This document shows positions 8,591 to 17,963 of a stretch of DNA of 64,000 nucleotides, piece by piece. This DNA is from Candidatus Krumholzibacteriota bacterium. GTDB taxonomy: Bacteria > Krumholzibacteriota > Krumholzibacteriia > JAJRXK01. Positions within the stretch are counted from its first letter, which is position 1. Every line of letters begins with the position of its first letter. Below the pieces are notes generated by a model. It was not told where the DNA came from. It was given only the letters and a program-made list of their open reading frames with translations, and searched no databases. Location: positions 256,001 to 320,000 of the forward strand of contig CAVSGG010000009.1 of the NCBI GenBank assembly GCA_963727455.1. The letters run 5' to 3'. A program made the translations under genes and the position numbers.

Positions 8591-9394
8591 CGATTCCCCA
8601 GGAACTCCCGGAGCAATCGGTGTCCAATCTCGGCGTCGAAACCGACGCTCCATGGAGCTACGTGGAGGATCCAGACTTCCATAGCAAAGTTGTGAGGGTG
8701 ACGATGTCGAATCCGGCATCGAGCCTATGGGTGATTCTGTCGGCCCGCGTGCTACGCCGCCCCGTACAAGGCGCCGGAGCCGGCGACGCTCGATGCCGCG
8801 CAGCGCCGCCTCTTTCTGCGCGAGGAGGGGCTGGTCAGTCTCAGCCCACGCATCCAGGCGCTGGCCGACAGCATCGCGGGCTCCAACCGCACTCGCTTCG
8901 ACTATGTCCGATCGACCATGAGTTACGACAAGCAGACCCCTGGTTGGGGGCACGGCGACTCGGAGCGGGCCTGCGATGTCCGCCGCGGGAACTGCACCGA
9001 CTTCCACTCGCTTTTCCTCTCGCTCTCGCGGGCCGAAGGCGTGCCGGCCAGATTCGAGATGGGCTTCCCCATGTCGCTCGCTGGCGAGAGCAATCATGCC
9101 GGGGGCTACCACTGCTGGGCCTGGTTCTACGACGACAGCGCGCAGGTCTGGGTCCCGGTCGACATCTCCGAGGCCAAGCTCGAGCCAAAGCGTTCCGACT
9201 ACCTCTTTGGACACCTGGACGCCGAGAGGGTGAGCTTCTCCCGCGGTCGCGATGTGCAGCTGCCAGGCATGAAAGGGCGCCCCCTCAACTACCTTCCCAG
9301 CAGCGCCTACGTGGAAGTGGACGGGAAGCCGCTCGACACGGTCGTGCGCACGCTCAGTTACTCGGTGGACGGGGCGGTGGGGGCCAAAGACTGA
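8591..9394 (+). pseudogene. Transglutaminase-like protein, 5'-truncated and frameshifted
   Basis: GNCTDFHSLF, YHCWAWFY and WVPVD give the Cys-His-Asp triad. It starts mid-gene at the repeat end, with a frame change near 8770. Confidence 0.8.
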
Positions 9395-9622
9395 TCGTCG
9401 AAGGCAGGGAGAAGATCAGTTCAGGCCGACGGCGGTCCTGGCCCAGCTAGCCGGACCGCCCGTCACACCTCACGGCTTCGCGCGACCTATTCTCTACGAG
9501 CCCCGCGGTGACGCCTCGAGTCGCACGCGTCTCGCGTTGAGGTCCCTAGGGATAGGAACTTCGATTTCGGATTTCCTTCTCATTTCCGGAGGAAAGGCCG
9601 TCCCCAAGAACTGGAGAGACTC

Positions 9623-12052
9623 ATGAAGCGCCCCCTCTTTGCAATTTCTTGCGCCGTGTTCGTAGTTCTGGCCCTGCCAGCAGCGCCCAGCCAGGCCTCG
9701 TGGCAGCAGTATGGCAATCCGGTGAGCTCGGTAATCAACGAGCAACAGCATTCGAGAGCGATCCCGGACGGCTCGGGCGGAGCATTCGTCGTCTGGGAGG
9801 ACGATCGCATCAGTTCGTCCGAGACGGACATCTATGCCCAGCGCCTCGATGCGGAAGGCAATCCTCTCTGGGTGGTCAATGGAGTAGCCGTGTGTACGGC
9901 CAGCAACGTTCAGATCGAACCGCAGCTGGTCAGCGCCGGTCCGGGTGGCGTAATCATCTCCTGGACTGACTATCGGCTTGGTTCCTCGAATGCCAATATC
10001 TACGCGCAGCGGCTCAGTACCGGTGGCATTCCACAGTGGACATCCAACGGCATCCTCGTCTGCGGAGCGGCCAATGACCAGTACGGTTCCCAGGTTGTTG
10101 CCGATGGAAAGGGAGGAGCCATCTTCACCTGGATGGATAAGAGGGCAGACACGCTTGGAGATATCTACGCTCAGCGACTCTCGGCAGCGGGTACGGGACA
10201 ATGGACCAGTAATGGAGTTGCAGTGTGTAGCGAAGGCTCGCAACAGTCAGACGTTCGTGCCGATAGCGATGGCATGGGCGGGATCGTAATGGCCTGGTAC
10301 GACTTTCGCTTTCCGGATGCGGACATCTTCGTCAACCGTCTCGATGACAGCGGATCGGTACTCTGGGGGAACAACGGAAGGGACATCAGCGGCATCATCG
10401 GAACCAGTGAGTTGAATCCAGAGATCGTTGGAGACGACGCCGGTGGCGCGGCGGTGATCTGGGAGGATGCGCGTAGCGGCGATCCGGATCTGTACGCCAC
10501 AATCCTGAACGCATCTGGCATCTCGACGACGACACCGTTTGCGGTGGCGGCAGAGGTTGATCGCCAGGACGACGCCGAGATGATTCGCGACCCCGCCACG
10601 GGAGATCTGATCGTGGTCTTCGTCGACCGGCGATCCACCGCGACCAACGACAACGACATCTATGCACAACGTTTCGATACGACCGGGAAGATGAAGTGGG
10701 ATTACAATGGAGTCGCGCTTTGCACTGCGACGTTCAACCAATTCAGCCCGAATCTGGCACTGGACGACGATGGCGGAGTTGTGTTTGCCTGGGAAGACTT
10801 TCGGAATTCACCCGCAGGGGGCATCTACGCGCAGCGGCTCTCGACCGAGGGCACACGCATGTGGCCGAACAACGGCATCCAGTTGTCCAAGCTACTGCTC
10901 TGCCGGGATCCTCAGGTTGTCGCAGACGGCGCGGGCGGAGCGTTCATCGCCTGGATGGACCACTTTACCGGTGACGGAGACATTCTGGCCCAGCGCGTCG
11001 AACTCGCCCATGGTTACTGGGGACACCCCGAACCGGTAATTTCGAGCGTCGCGGATGTTCCCGGCGATCAAGGCGGATTCGTGCGCGTGGACTGGCTACC
11101 GAGCGACCACGACGCGGCGGGTTTGACGGAGATCAGTCACTACTCGGTATGGCGCGCGACCGATGCCATCGCCAAGACTGCTGGTGGCGGCTTGACGCCC
11201 CAGGTCACCCTGGACGAAGTGGGCGCTGAATTCGAAGGCCCCGCCTACCGCCTCTCCGCGGCCGGCGACTTTTATTGGGAGTACATGGGGGAGCAGAGTG
11301 CCCACGCCTTCCCGGGTTACAGCATGGCAGTGGCGACCGAATCGGACATGACCGGCACCAATCCGGCTTTGCACCATTTCCAGGTCGTTGCCCATACCTA
11401 CTCGCAGTACGTGGTGTTCCCGTCGATTGAGGCAAGCGGTGCTTCGGTGGACGACCTGGCTCCCGCCTCGGCCAAGACCCTGGCCGCGGTGCGCGCTGGC
11501 GAGACCAACGTCGATCTCGACTGGAGCCCCAGTGGGGCGAATGAGCCCGACTTCCTCGAGTACGAGGTGTACCGCAGCAGCTCGCCCGCGGTCGCGATTG
11601 ACCCGGGCAACTTCCTGTTCGTGACAGCAGACACAATGGCCGTCGACACCGGCGCCGCTGCAACTTCGCCCTGGTACTACGTCGTTGTGGCGAAGGACGT
11701 ACACGGGAACCTCAGTGACGCGTCCAACGAAGCCATGGTCGACGTGGTAACCGGCGTGGGGAACTTTCAGCCCACCTCGCTGGGCCTCTTGAGCAACTGG
11801 CCGAACCCCTTTGGGTCGAGTGGGACGCAGCTTCGCCTGCGCTTGCCCCGCGCGGGTGAGGCCACTCTGGAGGTTTTCGATGTGCGCGGCCGCCGTGTGC
11901 GTGAGATCCGGCAACGATTCGGCGAAGGGGTGAATCGTCTCGAGTTCGACGGGCGCGACGCCCATGGGAGCGAACTGCCCAGCGGAGTGTATCTGGTTCG
12001 CCTGAAGTACGGCGGCGAATCGATGAGCCGGAAGATCATCATGCAGCGCTAG
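9623..12052 (+). CDS. Large secreted repeat protein with FN3-like and C-terminal FlgD-Ig/T9SS-like domains
   Basis: Signal peptide, repeated 'DG.GGA..W.D.R..DIYAQRL' units, C-terminal NWPNPF..FDVRGRRVR..FDGRD..G..LPSGVYLVRL. Confidence 0.88.
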   Translation: MKRPLFAISCAVFVVLALPAAPSQASWQQYGNPVSSVINEQQHSRAIPDGSGGAFVVWEDDRISSSETDIYAQRLDAEGNPLWVVNGVAVCTASNVQIEPQLVSAGPGGVIISWTDYRLGSSNANIYAQRLSTGGIPQWTSNGILVCGAANDQYGSQVVADGKGGAIFTWMDKRADTLGDIYAQRLSAAGTGQWTSNGVAVCSEGSQQSDVRADSDGMGGIVMAWYDFRFPDADIFVNRLDDSGSVLWGNNGRDISGIIGTSELNPEIVGDDAGGAAVIWEDARSGDPDLYATILNASGISTTTPFAVAAEVDRQDDAEMIRDPATGDLIVVFVDRRSTATNDNDIYAQRFDTTGKMKWDYNGVALCTATFNQFSPNLALDDDGGVVFAWEDFRNSPAGGIYAQRLSTEGTRMWPNNGIQLSKLLLCRDPQVVADGAGGAFIAWMDHFTGDGDILAQRVELAHGYWGHPEPVISSVADVPGDQGGFVRVDWLPSDHDAAGLTEISHYSVWRATDAIAKTAGGGLTPQVTLDEVGAEFEGPAYRLSAAGDFYWEYMGEQSAHAFPGYSMAVATESDMTGTNPALHHFQVVAHTYSQYVVFPSIEASGASVDDLAPASAKTLAAVRAGETNVDLDWSPSGANEPDFLEYEVYRSSSPAVAIDPGNFLFVTADTMAVDTGAAATSPWYYVVVAKDVHGNLSDASNEAMVDVVTGVGNFQPTSLGLLSNWPNPFGSSGTQLRLRLPRAGEATLEVFDVRGRRVREIRQRFGEGVNRLEFDGRDAHGSELPSGVYLVRLKYGGESMSRKIIMQR

Positions 12053-12107
12053 CTGCGGGCGGCATTACCCAGCCACGACGCAAGCGATCGCCGGGCCCAT
12101 CGTTCGC

Positions 12108-12503
12108 TCAAGCCGACGGCGGACCCGTCTTGTCGATGAGCTTCATCATGGCATGCGTGTCGGGAGCGATCAGCTCCGCGATGCGGGCGGAATTCACGTC
12201 GGCCACGATCATCTGACCCACCTCGCTGTGCACGTCGCTGAAGATGCCGTGCTTCATCATCTTCTGGGTCTGGTAGTGGTTGTCTTCGGTGGGGCTTACG
12301 TAGTGTACCGAGACCGCCCTGTAGCGGTGGATCAAAAACACGTGAATCAGAGTCATCAGGCGTTTCTTGCGCATCTCTTCGGCGAAAGTGTTTTGTATAC
12401 GAATGGAGAAAATGCTGCGTTCCTTGCGGTCCTTGATGTCGGCGAAGACCACGTTGGCCAGCTTGTCACCCTGACCGTCCTTGAGAACCAGCTCCAGAAG
12501 ATA
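12108..12503 (-). pseudogene. C-terminal domain fragment of a long (ICL2-type) isocitrate lyase
   Basis: QNTF..MRKKRLMTLIHVFLIHRYRAVSVHYVSPTEDNHYQTQKM..HGIFSDV..EVGQMIVADVN resembles the mycobacterial ICL2 C-terminus. The catalytic domain is absent, and the fragment abuts a transposase piece. Confidence 0.78.
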
Positions 12504-12504
12504 A

Positions 12505-12887
12505 CATCTGGTCGAGGAGGTGCTCAGCCCGGTTGCCCACCGCCACGTGGTTTTCACGGTACCCAAGGTGATCCGTGGATTGTTCGAGCGGGAGCGCCGA
12601 CTGTTGTCGATCCTACCGCGCTGCGCGCACCAGGCGACCCAGCGCCTGCTGTGCGAGGCGGTCGATGACCCCCGGGCGCAGGTGGGCGCCATCGCGTCGA
12701 TCCAGACCTTCGGCAGCTACGCCGCGAACTTCCATCCGCACGTCCACGCGAGCTGTTCCGAGGTCTGGTGCTTAAAGAACCCCGGCGCGCGAAGCGCCTG
12801 CGCTAGGAGACCACTCGACGCCAAGCAGGTGCGGGTTCGGACACCGATTTATCCCAGCACCGGCCAACGTGATCTCGAACTCGATGT
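12505..12887 (+). pseudogene. IS91/ISCR-like transposase fragment with two internal deletions
   Basis: HLVEEVLSPVAHRHVVFTVPK...QTFGSYAANFHPHVHA. 12653-12750 matches the start of copy 4, and 12858-12887 is identical to 3437-3466. Confidence 0.88.
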
Positions 12888-13205
12888 GACTGCTGATGGC
12901 GAACTTTCTAGTCAGCCCCCTGCAAGTGTACGAAGGGGCATTGAGCATAGAGCGATCGTGATCAGTCTCGGACTGGTCCACGACAGGCCGATGGCGAGAT
13001 CGAGGGCCCTTGGAATTTCTATCTGAGGGAACATCCGCAAATTGGAAACGGTAAAAGGAAAGTGGCAGCGTCGTCGAGAAAGTGGCTCATATTCACTTTC
13101 TTCCTTGCACTTTGCCAAGGCAACATGGAAGCGGAGTAGTCCATACGGACGCGAGCTGCCAGGTGTGAGCAGGATCTCGATGCAAACGACGGGCCGCGGC
13201 TTAGC

Positions 13206-14336
13206 CTACTGGTAGTCGAACTGTGTGCTCGAGATCCACTCGTACTCGCCCTTGATGTCGGCCGAGCCCAGGTCCGCGAAGGTGAAGTTCGGATCCGTGT
13301 AGGGATGGCCGTCCTCGTCCACGAAGGTGTAGTGCTCGACGGACTCCCAAACCGAGTAGACCACGGTCTTACCCTCGATGCCGGTCATCGTCCGCGTCAC
13401 CGTGACGGAGTTCTGCTCCTGGACGGTGACCGTGGACTGAAATGCCTCGGAAAGCGACCCGCCCAGCTTGGCGCCGACACCGGAGTACGACGCGCCGAGC
13501 TCGCCGTTGATCGCCCGCGTGAAGGTGTACGAGTCCTGGTAGTCGGTCCCCTGGGTGCGCGTATACGAGACCGAGAATGACGCGCCTGGATCGACGCGGA
13601 TACTCTTGAGCGTGCTCCCGTCGCTCAAGAGCGGCACGCGCACCCAGAACCGCTCACGCATGATATTCACCGGATTGGTGAGCAGCGGGCAACCGGTGGC
13701 CGCCACGTAGTAGGCGGCGCGACGAGTCTTTTCCCCGAAGGCCGGATCCTTGGCCACCGTGACGGAGCCGTTGAAAAGAGCCCCATGGATATGCAGGTCT
13801 GGATATTGAATGAAATCGAAGAAAGCTTCGGTCCTGTCCGGGTTGATCGGCTGCGCGAGCACGCTGCCATCGTTGATGAACTGCACCCGTTTCGGGAACG
13901 GATCCGGAGGGATGAAAGAACTCCCGTAGGGGGTCGGCGACCTGAGATCCACGACGCCGTTCTCGAAAACGAGAGCCGAGTTGTGGGCGGTGTGGTCGTA
14001 ATACGACCCAGGAGCGTCGCCGTACCACGCGTTGCCGCTCAAGTACTTTTGATACTGCGTCTGGACATCGATGTCCCAGGTGAATACGCCGGCCGTCCAT
14101 GTGGGTATGAAGTCCACTTTCTTGCCCTCGATGGGAACGATGTCCGAGTAGGTGGACGAGGTATCGGGCAGGATCTCGTTCGGCGTCGAGGGGCGCGGGA
14201 TCGGCGGAAACGAGTCAGGTGGTTTCGAGCCGTTTGTGTTGGTCGTCTGATCAGGAGCGGTTGACGATGAGCACGAGGAAAGCGCAAGGGCCGCGACAAG
14301 CCACATGGCGAGGACTGAGTAGAACAGGGGCTTCAT
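13206..14336 (-). CDS. Lipoprotein with a C-terminal Toxin_10/aerolysin-like beta-pore-forming domain
   Basis: Lipobox LSSC. The C-terminal RERFW..PGASFSVSYTRTQG..GELGASYSGVGAKLGGSLSEAFQSTVTVQEQNSVTVT..YSVWESVEHYTFVDEDG has Ser/Thr-rich strands around an amphipathic hairpin. Confidence 0.62.
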   Translation of the reverse strand: MKPLFYSVLAMWLVAALALSSCSSSTAPDQTTNTNGSKPPDSFPPIPRPSTPNEILPDTSSTYSDIVPIEGKKVDFIPTWTAGVFTWDIDVQTQYQKYLSGNAWYGDAPGSYYDHTAHNSALVFENGVVDLRSPTPYGSSFIPPDPFPKRVQFINDGSVLAQPINPDRTEAFFDFIQYPDLHIHGALFNGSVTVAKDPAFGEKTRRAAYYVAATGCPLLTNPVNIMRERFWVRVPLLSDGSTLKSIRVDPGASFSVSYTRTQGTDYQDSYTFTRAINGELGASYSGVGAKLGGSLSEAFQSTVTVQEQNSVTVTRTMTGIEGKTVVYSVWESVEHYTFVDEDGHPYTDPNFTFADLGSADIKGEYEWISSTQFDYQ

Positions 14337-14453
14337 TGCGACCTCCGCGGATCGGGTCTGGTGGGTGGCTCGCCTACGATGGGGGGAAATTTGCTGATCG
14401 CCGATTCGGGGGGAATGACTTTCATGATAACATCAAATAGATCGGGATAGCCC

Positions 14454-14579
14454 GTGAATTCTGGTGCCGGCGATGAGGTGTACCTGATTCACGCCGAAAT
14501 CAGTGTCCGAGGGAGAGAACCGTTTCGCAGCTCGGTGCTCGCTTGTCGGCCGAAGCGCCCCATACAATCCGCTATCCGT
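14454..14579 (+). mobile_element. Diverged oriIS copy 5 preceded by the candidate terIS motif (possible mini-element)
   Basis: 14492-14579 aligns to the repeat (CCGTTTCG..TGCTCGCTTGTCGGC..AAGCGCC..ATACAATCCGCTATCCGT). 14454-14488 aligns to 5971-6004. Confidence 0.7.
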
Positions 14580-14723
14580 CACTCCTGCTGACTCGAGTCC
14601 ATGCTTCCGCGCGGCTGATCGGCGTTTCGCTAGCTTTCTCCCCGACGTCTAGCGTACACTTGGCGCACGCGACGCACTGCCGTCGTGCGGTTACCGTACT
14701 TCCCCCGGTTCCGGAGGTATGGG

Positions 14724-15914
14724 ATGCGATCGCGCCTCCTCCCTGTCGTATTGGTATTCCTAGCACTCTCACTTGGTTGCGGCGACAGCAGCACTGGCCC
14801 CGACACGACCGGCGTCCAAGCGCTGAGGTTTGAGACTTTCCAACGCGCGAGTCTGGAATTCGGCCAGCTCGACATGAGCTCCGGAGACGCCAACCGGGGC
14901 ACCGTGACCAACCAGATCGGCCTCAGTTCGCCGAGCGGCGCGGGTTCCGGGTTGTTTTACCTTCCCGATCCGGGTAACAACCGCGTGCTGGGGTACACCT
15001 CATTTCCCACGACCAACGGCGCCGCCGCGGACTTCGTCGTCGGTCAGACCGGTTTCGGATTCAATCAGTCAGGGACATCGATCCAGCGCTTCCGGCGACC
15101 GACGGCCTGCGCGGTGTCCGACGGCAAGCTGTTCGTCACCGACTATTTCAACAACCGCGTGTTGATCTGGAACTCGCTCCCCACGGGCCCCGATTCGGCC
15201 GACGTCGTGGTCGGGCAGCCCGATTTCACGACAGCAAGCTCCGGGCTCTCGTCGACGAAACTGGGCGGTCCGATCGATCTCGCGGTCGCGGGAGGAAAGC
15301 TGTTCGTGGCCGAGTACGGCAACCACCGGGTCCTGATCTGGAACACCATCCCCACGACCAACGGCGCGCCCGCGGACGTCGTCGTGGGCAAGCCCGACTT
15401 CACGTCCGGGGGCGCCGGACCCACCGCCTCGATCACAGGCAACGTGTCAGCGGTATGGAGCGACGGAAGGCGGCTCGTGGTGACAGACGAATACAATGCC
15501 CGCGTCCTGATCTGGAATTCGGTTCCGACTGCGAACGGCGTCCCAGCGGACATCGTGCTGGGAGCGTCCGATTTCGAGAGCGAAGGTTGCTGCCGAGGGG
15601 GCTTCGACAACGCATTTGACCACCCAAGCGGACTGGCCTCGGACGGCTACAGCCTGTTCGTCGCCGACACCAGCGAGAATCGGGTGATGATCTACACGCC
15701 GTTTCCCCGCAAGAACAACGAGGCGGCGAGCCGGATCCTGGGGCAGGGCGCGTTCCACCGCGCCAGCCGGAACGACGACAACCAGGATGGGGTCGCCGAC
15801 GCCGGACCGTCCGACCGGACGATGTACCTCCCGACGGGGCTCAGCATCGTCGGCCGGCGGCTGCTGGTGGCCGATCAGTACAACAATCGGGTCCTGGTCT
15901 TCGACAGCAAGTAG
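14724..15914 (+). CDS. NHL-repeat beta-propeller lipoprotein
   Basis: GGAGG RBS, lipobox SLGC, repeated LFV.D..NNRVLIWN..PT.NG..AD.VVGQ.DF. Confidence 0.9.
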   Translation: MRSRLLPVVLVFLALSLGCGDSSTGPDTTGVQALRFETFQRASLEFGQLDMSSGDANRGTVTNQIGLSSPSGAGSGLFYLPDPGNNRVLGYTSFPTTNGAAADFVVGQTGFGFNQSGTSIQRFRRPTACAVSDGKLFVTDYFNNRVLIWNSLPTGPDSADVVVGQPDFTTASSGLSSTKLGGPIDLAVAGGKLFVAEYGNHRVLIWNTIPTTNGAPADVVVGKPDFTSGGAGPTASITGNVSAVWSDGRRLVVTDEYNARVLIWNSVPTANGVPADIVLGASDFESEGCCRGGFDNAFDHPSGLASDGYSLFVADTSENRVMIYTPFPRKNNEAASRILGQGAFHRASRNDDNQDGVADAGPSDRTMYLPTGLSIVGRRLLVADQYNNRVLVFDSK

Positions 15915-16012
15915 CGGCGGTATCTGCGAGGCGGGAAAGCTCGGCGCGCGAGCGGTCCCGCTGTCGCCTGCGCTGCGCGCACGAGGCGACCCAGCGCCGG
16001 CTGCCCGAGAAG

Positions 16013-16510
16013 TCAGCGCTTGGTATGCTCTGTGTCCAAAAACGTCACAGTGGACGAGGTTACCGAAATCTCTGATGGTCCCAGCGTACCGTAGATGGTG
16101 TTCTCCGTCGGACGGATGGCGATGTGAAGCTGGTTGGGCGGCACGTTGGACAGATCGATCGCCAGATCGTACATGAACGTGCTTCCGGGGCTCGCCTGGC
16201 CCGACGGCTGGTCGTTGATCGTGACCGCACCCGCTTGGACGAAATTGTAATTGTCGGGCTCCGACCAGAGCTGGATCTGGGGTGGTTTGCTGAAATTCAT
16301 GAAATCCGTCACATCGCTCTCGAAGGTCACGGCGATCTTCGCGGTGGCGTACTTTGAAAGATCGATGTCGGGCGAGGTGACAAACCAGTCCGCTGCCGCG
16401 CTCACCTCGTAGCTCGTCGGCGTCGTGTTCTGGACACCCGAAGGGGAGTCGCTGCCGCATCCGGAAGCCAGAATCATGAGCACTGCCAGTGCCATTACGA
16501 TCACTCGCAC
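16013..16510 (-). CDS. Hypothetical lipoprotein
   Basis: GTG start with GAGG RBS, lipobox ASGC-GSDSPSG, co-oriented with the upstream genes. Confidence 0.7.
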   Translation of the reverse strand: MRVIVMALAVLMILASGCGSDSPSGVQNTTPTSYEVSAAADWFVTSPDIDLSKYATAKIAVTFESDVTDFMNFSKPPQIQLWSEPDNYNFVQAGAVTINDQPSGQASPGSTFMYDLAIDLSNVPPNQLHIAIRPTENTIYGTLGPSEISVTSSTVTFLDTEHTKR

Positions 16511-16520
16511 CGCAAACCTC

Positions 16521-17915
16521 CTACGGCTGCTGGTAAAGGAAGCCGTCGAGCTTGCCGAAGCGGCTCAGCTGGGTTCCATTGGGGAAGATTGTCTCATCTG
16601 ACCAGCTTAGCCCCACGACGACCGCCGTCGAACCGTCGGCGGCTGCAGACGCGGATTCTTCGGTGTCGGAGCCGCCGATCTGGCCGACGCTGAGGACATT
16701 GCCCTCGGCGTCCAAACGGGCGAAGAACACGTCCTGCTCTCCGGTGGACGTGAGAGTCTTCGAACCGAGAGTGATGGAGCTCGAGAACTGGCCGCTCAGC
16801 AGGATACGATTTCCATCCATGCGGGCGAGTCGCAACCCAATCTGATCGTCCCCCGGTCCGAAGGTCTTGAGCCAGAGCAGCTCACCCGCCTCGCTGTAAC
16901 ACGCTACGAATGCGTCGGCGCTTGACGAGGTGGCACTGCCAGCGGCGGTGTTGAGATCGAAGTCCACCGTTCCGTTGAAGAACCCGGTGACGATGGCGTC
17001 GTTGCCCAGCGTCGTCACCGCGCGCACAGTGGTGCCGCCGGCGCCACCGAGGTGAATGGCGCCCAGCCTGGAGCCATCGGCGCCAAAACGTCCGATGAAG
17101 CTGTCGGTGTAGCCGTCGTTGGGGAGGACCTCGCCGGAGATATCCACCGAATTCTCGGCGTAGGTTCCACACACCACGACCGTGCCGTCCGCGCTCACGG
17201 CAACCCCCTGGCAGCTGGAGACTCCGAGCGTCGCCGCGGTCTCAGCCCAACTCCCGCCACCGTTGTCGCGCAGCTTCACGAGGAAGCCCGTCACGTGCCC
17301 CGGCACACCCACGTCCTCCCCCGCCACTGTCATTTCATCGCCGGCGTACCCACAGATGTAGACATTGCCGTCGCTGTCGGCCGCAATGTCTTCGCCATCG
17401 TCCATCCCGCTCGAGGAAGCACCGAGAACCCAGATTGGCTGGGTGTCCTTGTCGAGCTTGGCGAAAAAGATGTTAGTACCGCCGCTGTTGGGGAGCGTGA
17501 TCCCGCCGAAATTGATGCTTCCGTCGTAGGTGCCGACGAGGAGGAGGTTGTCGCTCGCATCCCGCGTCATGTGGGCGATTTGCGGAGCGCTACCGGCAGC
17601 CGAGGTGAGCCACGCGAGCGATCCGTCGCGGCCAAGAGCAGCGAAGTAAGTGCGCGAGCCCCCCCCCGCGGACAGTGAATCGGGCGAACCGGCGATGTGG
17701 AGCATCCCGTTGAAGGAACCCACCACGACGCGATTCCCGTCCGAGGTCACGACCACGGCATCGGCCGTTGTGCTGAGGTCGGGACGACAGCCCATACGCT
17801 TCGCGAAAACGGTGAGTCCGCCATCCTCGGGAGAAGTGGAGCCGTTCCCACAGCCGCTCAGTGCCAACGACACAAAGAGCGCGACGACGAGTAAACGAAA
17901 GAAGCTTGGACGCAC
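16521..17915 (-). CDS. Beta-propeller (SBBP-like repeat) lipoprotein
   Basis: Lipobox LSGC. Repeats of D..GNVYI.G...D.F.AKLD..G...W. Confidence 0.85.
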   Translation of the reverse strand: MRPSFFRLLVVALFVSLALSGCGNGSTSPEDGGLTVFAKRMGCRPDLSTTADAVVVTSDGNRVVVGSFNGMLHIAGSPDSLSAGGGSRTYFAALGRDGSLAWLTSAAGSAPQIAHMTRDASDNLLLVGTYDGSINFGGITLPNSGGTNIFFAKLDKDTQPIWVLGASSSGMDDGEDIAADSDGNVYICGYAGDEMTVAGEDVGVPGHVTGFLVKLRDNGGGSWAETAATLGVSSCQGVAVSADGTVVVCGTYAENSVDISGEVLPNDGYTDSFIGRFGADGSRLGAIHLGGAGGTTVRAVTTLGNDAIVTGFFNGTVDFDLNTAAGSATSSSADAFVACYSEAGELLWLKTFGPGDDQIGLRLARMDGNRILLSGQFSSSITLGSKTLTSTGEQDVFFARLDAEGNVLSVGQIGGSDTEESASAAADGSTAVVVGLSWSDETIFPNGTQLSRFGKLDGFLYQQP

Positions 17916-17963
17916 GACTAGGACCTCGGAGGTTGATGGTTGTCAGGGCTTGGCGTTTTCCGC

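Noticed and set aside
9623-11000. Internal DNA repeats (GACATCTATGC/ATCTACGCGCAGCG) as DGR template/variable repeats
   Set aside because: They encode protein DIYAQR repeats. There is no reverse transcriptase and no adenine-specific mismatch pattern.
1325-12806. Amber (TAG) recoding suggested by in-frame TAGs at 1325, 3495 and 12804
   Set aside because: All three lie in decayed transposases and are one substitution from CAG or GAG. Many intact genes here end at TAG in the expected place.
12888-13200. Possible gene remnant (GEIEGPWNFY, MORN-like)
   Set aside because: Too short and interrupted by stops to support a call.
1988-14579. CRISPR array or integron attC array
   Set aside because: The repeats are 90-950 bp, include transposase coding sequence and are kilobases apart. 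There is no cas or intI gene, no GTTRRRY/RYYYAAC pairs were evident, and cargo is mixed in orientation and sometimes truncated.
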